This document shows positions 56,839-64,000 of a stretch of DNA of 64,000 nt, in pieces. Within the stretch, counting starts at the first letter, position 1. Each line of letters starts with the position of its first letter. A model generated the notes under the pieces. The model made no database searches. It was given only the letters and a program-made list of their open reading frames with translations, and was not told the origin of the DNA. Both the position numbers and the translations under genes were made by a program. Source of the DNA: Selaginella moellendorffii (taxonomy: Eukaryota > Plantae > Lycopodiophyta); NCBI RefSeq assembly GCF_000143415.4, contig NW_003314399.1:81428-145427 (forward strand). The letters run 5' to 3'.

Positions 56839-57870
56839 ATGGCCATCTTTCCATTGGCGCTGGTAGTATCTACTTTCTTTCTCGGCGCTGCCATCGCCGC
56901 CTCCTGGGACCGCGACACGCTCCTCCTTTACGGGGGAATCGTGGAGGACGTGTATAACAAGATCAACTCCTCCTCGATCATCAGCTCGGGCAGCGATTAT
57001 AGGATCACAAGGGACTTGTATGCCGCCGAGAAGACTGGGCCCTTTTTTGGGGAGCCCTGGGTATGGATCGGCTGCGTTGCCATCTCCGATTCCAGGCAAA
57101 ACGTGGTGGTGGTCTTTCGGGGGACGTCCAATCCCGGGGAATGGGCCAAAAACTTGCTGGTTTCGCGAGTTTCTTTCACATATCTCAATGGTAGCACCGC
57201 CAATTCTCCCGGAATCCATGATGGGTTTCTCAGCTTGTACACCGAGTCTGACGAGGGGAAGATCAGCCTGAGGCAGCAAACCGTGGAGGAATTGCGATCT
57301 CTGGCCTCTTCCAATCCAGGCTATAGCATCAGCTTCGTTGGTCACAGCCTTGGCGGAGCGCTCGCCACTCTCGCGGCCTTTGATGTCGCAAACAGTGATA
57401 TCATGGATCATGTCCAAGGAAAGAAGCTCTCGGTCTATACGTTTGCGTCGCCCATGGTTGGGGACGAGACATTCAAGCAATTGGTGGAAGAAGCGATCAG
57501 CGCTCTGGATGTTTTGAGGGTGTCGGATATCAGGGACGTGGTTCCTTACCTTCCATCGCTCAATTACGTACATGTTGGGGAGGATTTCACTGTGGATGGC
57601 TGCCAGTTTGATGGGAATAACAATGGAGGTGATGTGTTTTCCAAAGTGATAGAGTACCACAGTCTGGTGCGATACATGCGGACTGTTAGTTTAATCAAAG
57701 GTGATGGGATCACTGGTGGTCGCATTAACAAGAAAGATTTGGAAGGTGTTATGGAGTTTGTGAGGCAGATAATCAGTAAGGCGAATGCTGGGTGGTCTGG
57801 ATTTAAGAATTTGGTGCTCGCTATGAAGCATTATGTCCAAAACTTTTCAGCCTCCTGCACAACTAATTGA
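56839..57870 (+). CDS. Class-3 lipase / phospholipase A1-like with predicted signal peptide
   Basis: VVVFRGT, IHDGFLSLY, VGHSLGGALA, YTFASP, DIRDVVP and EYHSL; hydrophobic N-terminus. Confidence 0.85.
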   Translation: MAIFPLALVVSTFFLGAAIAASWDRDTLLLYGGIVEDVYNKINSSSIISSGSDYRITRDLYAAEKTGPFFGEPWVWIGCVAISDSRQNVVVVFRGTSNPGEWAKNLLVSRVSFTYLNGSTANSPGIHDGFLSLYTESDEGKISLRQQTVEELRSLASSNPGYSISFVGHSLGGALATLAAFDVANSDIMDHVQGKKLSVYTFASPMVGDETFKQLVEEAISALDVLRVSDIRDVVPYLPSLNYVHVGEDFTVDGCQFDGNNNGGDVFSKVIEYHSLVRYMRTVSLIKGDGITGGRINKKDLEGVMEFVRQIISKANAGWSGFKNLVLAMKHYVQNFSASCTTN

Positions 57871-59574
57871 AGTATGAAACAATTCTAACATTTATATCTA
57901 AAATATTGGTGCTGCCTGTCTTGCTCTTGCTGGCTGGGCTTGGATGCAGTGGCAGTTTCTATGGGAATTTTTCAAAAAAATTCCTTCAATTGGAAAAGAA
58001 AGTTAAATATATTTGTGAATAATAAAATAAATGTAAAATTATAATATTAAAAATTATCCATTAAAAATATTTGTAAATAAAGTTAAGAAATAATTTTAAT
58101 ATAACTTTTTTAACATTTATTTAATTTCTTAATCAAAACCTAGGTTACAATATAAAAAACATTAATATTTTTAGGTACTTTTAAGAGTATCTAAAATAAT
58201 ATTAGTGTAAGCAAGAGAAGGGATTTTAACAATTTTAAAACTTAATTTATGTTGGAATCAATATGTATGTGTATAATAGATTTTGAGTTTAAATCATGTG
58301 ACTAAAAGTTTTAAATGCAAATCTTATCATGAACAATGATAATGCAAATACACCCAAATATGACTAAATGGAAGTGTGAAAGTTTTAAATAAACATAAGT
58401 GAATGGAAGTGTTGAGTAAATGGAAGTATGAAGGTATTAGTGGATCCCATTTTTTGGAATTAAGTTAAGCTTTAAATTGTTATACAATTTAATTTATATT
58501 TCACTTAAACATTTTGTGTGAGATTGATCAAATTTCTTTTTTATTATAACACTTTTAGTTTCTCTGCTCTTTTTTAGAAGAGTGATTTTATTTTTAGGAT
58601 TTTGATCTTTTATTCAACACTTCATTAGCAATATGATCCCAATCAATATTGTTGAACATGATATTGCTATCAATATAATATAATAATTGCACTAAAACTC
58701 TAAAGTTGCATCCTCCTATGCATCTAAGTTTCAGATGGTTGCCACTAAAATTTTATTGGAAGGTACATTTAGGCTTTGTGATGATGTTAAATATGTATAT
58801 TTTTTTAATGTTAATCCTGCTATTCATTGTGATAATTAGTTGCAAGAACATTATATTGTCATTAAACCTTTATTTCCTTCGTGGAACTTCTTAGAAAATG
58901 ATCATGGCTCTCAAAAAAAAAAACAAAAATAAAAAAACCATGTGACCATTTCTATTTTTATACTAAGTCTTGCAAAGGCCAAATTCAAGTTTGGCAAGTA
59001 ACAGATTTCTGTTTTACAATGGCTTTCACCCAATGCTTCTCAAATATTCTATAGCTGCTGAACTCTGCATGGGATGCAAATAATGCAGTTTCTGTGTCTC
59101 ACGTTTCAGCAAAAGCGAAGGGGTGTTTTCTATCCCATCAACCGAAGGCTGCATACATTCGCAACTATGAGTGGTTAAATCAGTGTCCACAAGAGAACGA
59201 CTCTTTGAAGTTTGCATGTAGCTATCAAAAACATACAACTCAGAGTCCTCCCCAACAAGAATTTTCGCTGCGTGCTTTCTGCGATACACGTTTGAGATTG
59301 GTACTGGGCTCCCCCTTAGTAGCATATGCGCCATTCGGGCATAAGATACCCAAATTCTATGGTGGTGCGCGTAAAAGACGATCATCTTATCAGCATTTCC
59401 CTCCGGTGAGCCAACGATTAAACAACATTCCCAGTTTTGCAACGTAAAAAGTTGACGCGCTTTGAATTCGAGCAAAGGAAAGAATGCGTTCTCACAGATC
59501 TACGGCTTTAGCAATCCAAAGATTTCTTCTGCGTGGATGTCGTGTTGGAAAAGAGATAGAAGGTTTCTAGAGTC

Positions 59575-60015
59575 TCATTCTTTTGGCGCGGACCTGAAAA
59601 TTCCCAGCGCCGCGATCACCCCGAGGACACCCGCCACCGCCAATGCGGGAATTGGAGCTGGAGTCGTCAATCCGGCAGTCTAGAAAAAAGAAGCATCGGA
59701 ACTTGTTGGAAAGATTTTCATGATTTCACGTACCTCGAGAAGGCCTTTGCCAGTGCCGATTTCTACCGCGAGCGTTCCGACAAATCCAAGCATCGCGAAT
59801 CTTCCAACCCAAATGCCCACTTCTCCCCCGGCGCTGCTAGAAGCCCCTTGCTCGCATTTGACAATCAATCCTCCCCCTCGTCTCCGTGCCAGCGATGGAA
59901 TCGCTCTGCCCAGCGATGGAATTGGAGCCCCAAATCGCGATTTGAGACAGCCATGGCTCGCAAAACCCGGGCTGGCGCGCAAGCCATTCGAAGTGAGAAG
60001 AATGGACGACGCCAT
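59575..60015 (-). CDS. SEP1: Stress-enhanced protein 1-like (two-helix LHC-like); intron 59680-59733
   Basis: Transit peptide; WVGRFAMLGF..AVEIGTGKGLLE; second hydrophobic helix in exon 2. Confidence 0.85.
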
Positions 60016-61946
60016 GGAAAAAAATGTGGGTGACAAACGGACGGCCTAGAACTCCCGGCTCGCAATCCAACGGCTGGGACCGCAAAAGATTTTTCAAACT
60101 AAAGAACTCGAAAGAAAAAGGACAGGGGTTTTCGATGTGGCCGACAATGATCGACCATAGTTTCTTTGCTTGACGATTTTGTTATGTTTTCCTTGACACG
60201 CACCTTGCCTTGATTTTTTCCTCTCTTTTCGTGTCTCTTTATTTTTTCCATCTTTTTGGTGAGATAGCGTTGCCACCAGCCAGTCTCGATCGCTAGCCAG
60301 TATAGCTTTTGCTTGCCCGATACATAGATTCGGCCACAACACAGGGGATCAAATTCTTCTACACGGGCAAGAGAATGGAAGTTTCGGGGGTGACGAAAAT
60401 ATGGTGTTGATCCCCAACCTCACACGGCATCGATAACTTTCTAGAGATTCAATCGCGCTTGGGCTGATTTTTGGGTTCCACTCGAGAAAATAAGACAATT
60501 GTGGCTCAGCGAAATTGATAGCACTGTTTGGATTATATGTCTTCTTGAGAATCACAAGATCTAAAACAGCACATAACATTGTCATTGCGAGGTATATTTC
60601 TGTCCAAACGCTAGCTCCAAATCCCGATATAACTTTCCATCTTGGCAGGCACGAGACAAGTTTTTCCTCTCGTTCAGGAGGTGGCCAGCGCGAGCAGTGC
60701 CGCTCGACACTTTGGAAATTGGGATCCACCGAAAGGGAGAAAAGGGAGCTCCTTTGGCCGTGGAGATCGATCATGGCAACTGCAAGAGCTATAAAACTTC
60801 GAAGAAAAGAGAGAGTGAAAGAGAGGGAGCCCACTCACTGGGAATCAGATCCGTAGTAAAGGAAGGGCTTCCAAAGTGGATGACAGTTCACAGGTGGTCA
60901 TCCCACACCAGAAAGAAAAAAAACTTAATTTTCTGCTGGGTTGGGTGGCGGACGATCAGAAAAGCTTGCGAAATTTTAGGTCATGAAGTTGATATGTGTC
61001 GTGATCTTGATCAGCAGATTGAAATCAAGCTATGCTTATCGTTCATAGCCCCGTAATGCTGACCTCTGGGCTTTGGAGACGGGTGGCTATCCTCAGGGTC
61101 AACGGCTACGATTGCTACAGCGAGGACAACATGGACCGCGATCGCGGCTGACACGTCTGCCCTAGTGCTTAAGATTTGATTTTCAAAAACTAGTGTTACT
61201 TGGCGCGCAAGGGTGGAGTCGTGTCGCCGAGTGGGCGATTTGCAAAAAATTTTGCCCGCGAGGCTTGACTTTTGGCTGCCCGTGCAGCGACAGAGCAGAT
61301 TAATGAAAGCAGGGATTCACATTTTTGCTTCCAAATCAAGCATTAGTCCTGATTAAAGTAAGGATATATAAAATGTGAAAGCTGGCCCTTTTGGTTATCT
61401 TAAGAAGTAAAGAGCTCAGCCAACGAAAGAAGCAAAGCAAAGAAAGCAAAGCTTGTTTCGCGAGACAAAAGAGAGAGCGATTGAGAGAACAGTCACTGGG
61501 TGTTTCTTTCCTTTTCGTGTTTTTTTTTTGTTTTGCGTACGAATCTTAGCGTAGGCCGACCGTAGAAGAAGCTACATTTCTATCGCAGCGAAGAGAAAAA
61601 AGCCTGGGGAGTGAGAAGGAGTGAAGGAAAGAGAGGGGGAGTTCTTCGTCTTTTTCTCTTGATCCGGGATGACAGGAGCACAGAACTGGCAGGCTATGGC
61701 GCGATCCATCCTAGGCTTCGCTTTCGGTGGTACTGCGCAGTCGTGGTAGTAGTTTAGTGCTTGTTCTTGCTTGCCTAGACTGGTGAGTGATGAGATTTGA
61801 GCGCCCACTAACTTGATCGAGAGTGATCGAGTGAGAGAGTGAGAGGGAGAGAGACGTGTGTGGTCTCGGGGTTCCATTTCTTTGATCCCTGGCTTGTCGG
61901 ATTCGCGGCGGCTAAATCGCATTGGTGTTCGCGAGAAATTAGCGAA

Positions 61947-63392
61947 ATGGATCACGCAAGGTGGGTGCTATACCCGGCGGCGGCGCACGAGGAACAGGGG
62001 AGTCGCGAGGAAGAACAAGAACAAATCGAGGACGGAGGGTTTGTGTCAATTGCGCTGACGGGTGGCGCGGAGCTCGCGGAATTCAAGGCGCGCTGGCGGC
62101 TGCCGCTCTTCTCCGGCGATGGGCTTGGATCGACCCAGCTGGTGGAACTGAGGAGCAAGTCGGGGATTTGCGTGGATTCGGTGGAGCCATTCTCTTTCGC
62201 CGCCGCGGATCCTAGGCGCGCTGCCGCTGCTCCAAGTGGAAACCGTGACGATGGCGCCGGCGTGAACAGCGCCACCAAGCTGCGATTGCTCGAGGGTCTC
62301 TCGGGGGTCGCCTCGCCGATCGTCCTCAAGAGCAGGGGAGTGATCCAGGCCGAGAGGCGGCGCCGGATGATCAAGAGCAACCAGGAGCTCTTCCTCATGG
62401 AGTCATCCAGGAAGACGAAGCAGAGGGCCGTGTCCATGGATGACACGAGCTTGAATCATCTCCACGAGCTCCACCACCACGCGAGGAAGAAGCTCACCAG
62501 CGTCGATGATTCGGCCAAGAACACGAAGAAATCATCGCCAAGCCTATCGCCGGCGGCGCAACCACTGCCGCTACCACCGCCGCCAGGGAATCCAGCGAGA
62601 AATCACCACCAGCACCACCGGCGGCACCTCAGTATCGATCTGCGCGCGTCGCCAGCCGCCAAGTTCGTCGTCCAGGTGATGCCATGGGAGATTTCTTCGC
62701 CTTCTTCGTCTTCCTCGCTCTTGGATCGTCGCGAGCATCCGGATTCCAGCAGGAGATCGATGGGAAGCCACTGCTTCGTGCCATTCAAATGGGAGGAGGT
62801 TCCAGGCAAGCCCAAGAACGTCAGCGCCGCGGCGAGCACTGGCAATGCTCTTCTTGATCCTGGCGGCCATGGCGCCGCGAGAAAATTGCAGCTCCCGCCG
62901 CGGCTCCAGCACCAGGATCACGAGCAGGAGAAGCAGCGTTCTCTGCAGCGATGCTCGCCCACGAGCACGCTAGATCGCACCGCCGTGGAGGGCTCTTCCT
63001 CGGCATCCTCCCCAAGGATCGATGCGTCTTTCTCTTCCGCCACGAGCTCTTGTTCTACCTCTTTCGCCGGCGATGGTGATCAAGCCCCGCGATGGATCAG
63101 GGCGCTACTGGCGCTGCACATCTGGGAGACCGTCCGGGCGATCTCTAGGCCGAGGAGTTGCGAGGACGAGGGAGGAGATCTAGCGCCGGAGATTCGCCAA
63201 GCCAAGAAAAAGAACGCCCTCGCCAAGAAAGTGGCCGATTGCGCGGTGCCATACCCATCTTGGAGCCCGGCGCCGCTCCCGCGATCATCCTGGTTCCAGC
63301 GATCGCCGATCCGGAGCAAGAACAGCCGCGGCACGAATTGGGCGTTTGGAAAGATCGTAAGAAAGATTGATCTCTCGCCTCTAGGGTTCTAA
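61947..63392 (+). CDS. Uncharacterised Ser-rich plant protein with VPFKWEEVPGKPK motif (DUF688-like)
   Basis: Long GC-rich ORF with a PFxWEExPGKPK motif. Confidence 0.7.
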   Translation: MDHARWVLYPAAAHEEQGSREEEQEQIEDGGFVSIALTGGAELAEFKARWRLPLFSGDGLGSTQLVELRSKSGICVDSVEPFSFAAADPRRAAAAPSGNRDDGAGVNSATKLRLLEGLSGVASPIVLKSRGVIQAERRRRMIKSNQELFLMESSRKTKQRAVSMDDTSLNHLHELHHHARKKLTSVDDSAKNTKKSSPSLSPAAQPLPLPPPPGNPARNHHQHHRRHLSIDLRASPAAKFVVQVMPWEISSPSSSSSLLDRREHPDSSRRSMGSHCFVPFKWEEVPGKPKNVSAAASTGNALLDPGGHGAARKLQLPPRLQHQDHEQEKQRSLQRCSPTSTLDRTAVEGSSSASSPRIDASFSSATSSCSTSFAGDGDQAPRWIRALLALHIWETVRAISRPRSCEDEGGDLAPEIRQAKKKNALAKKVADCAVPYPSWSPAPLPRSSWFQRSPIRSKNSRGTNWAFGKIVRKIDLSPLGF

Positions 63393-63667
63393 CGTGGTTT
63401 CTTGGATTTCCTTCCAGGCTTGGAGGAGCTGCAATATGGTCAAGAGAGCCGTGAGATTCCGGTGGTGGTCTTTGTCGCGATCATCCAGGGGTTTCCATAG
63501 CACCCGGAAGAACACGCGATCATCGGCAACGATCTACAAGCCTCTCTTGTGCCGAGTGGACGGCGATTCCAGCGCTTTTGGATGCTCCACTGCTAGAATC
63601 TAAGAAGAATATTACTTCTGTTTAGCATTCGGCCTTACATTGTGATTAGTTTAATTGTTGCGTAGTT

Positions 63668-63740
63668 GACCTCATGGCCCAATGGATAAGGCGCTGGTCT
63701 ACGGAACCAGAGATTCTGGGTTCGATCCCCAGTGAGGTCG
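63668..63740 (+). tRNA. tRNA-Arg(ACG)
   Basis: GACCTCATGGCCCAATGG..., anticodon arm CTGGT-CTACGGA-ACCAG, GGGTTCGATCCC, ends TGAGGTCG. Confidence 0.95.
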
Positions 63741-64000
63741 TTTCACGTTTTCTTATCTAAAGTTGTGGCATAGGACAACCTTTACACCAAAATATAATTG
63801 CCATAAATATTTGCATGATTTTTAAATTTTGCAAAAATACCTTTTTCAAAAGCTAATTAAAAAGGGGTTCTGGTACGGATCATTCTCCGACCCTAAAATC
63901 AAGATTGTTCTTCCCAGATCTATCCAAAATTTCCAAGACGATGGCAACACCCAGCCCGCTGCGAGGAACTTCCCGTCCGTAGATGTCGGTCCACTAGTGA

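Noticed and set aside
56839-57870. EDS1/PAD4-like lipase next to NPR
   Set aside because: No C-terminal EP domain; motifs are PLA1/lipase-3 type.
57960-58960. AT-rich block as MITE/Helitron
   Set aside because: No terminal inverted repeats, TSD or Helitron 3' hairpin identified.

Overview
Plant nuclear DNA. Very short ~50-60 bp introns, dense gene packing and a PLS-class PPR gene suggest a lycophyte such as Selaginella (inferred, not verified). The left half (1-31.1 kb) is a nest of LTR retrotransposons. A young Ty3/gypsy chromovirus (1048-7558, minus strand; 387-bp LTRs, TSD GGCGT, -1 frameshift signal, Tf1-type self-priming PBS) sits inside a non-coding LARD-like element ('family X'). That copy is nested in further X copies, and a degenerate 'family Y' element follows. 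Family X carries a compact hairpin cassette with two tRNA T-arm/B-box motifs, and two nested junctions fall within 1-3 bp of the same position in it. 31.6-45 kb is a ~4.8-kb tandem triplication of a non-RD S-domain receptor kinase plus truncated TOC75 pseudo-fragments, ending in tRNA-Thr and an intact TOC75. 45-64 kb is gene-dense: dymeclin, Elongin A-like, PLS-PPR, a D-box protein, an NPR1/3/4-like gene, a class-3 lipase, SEP1, a PFxWEExPGKPK-motif protein and tRNA-Arg.
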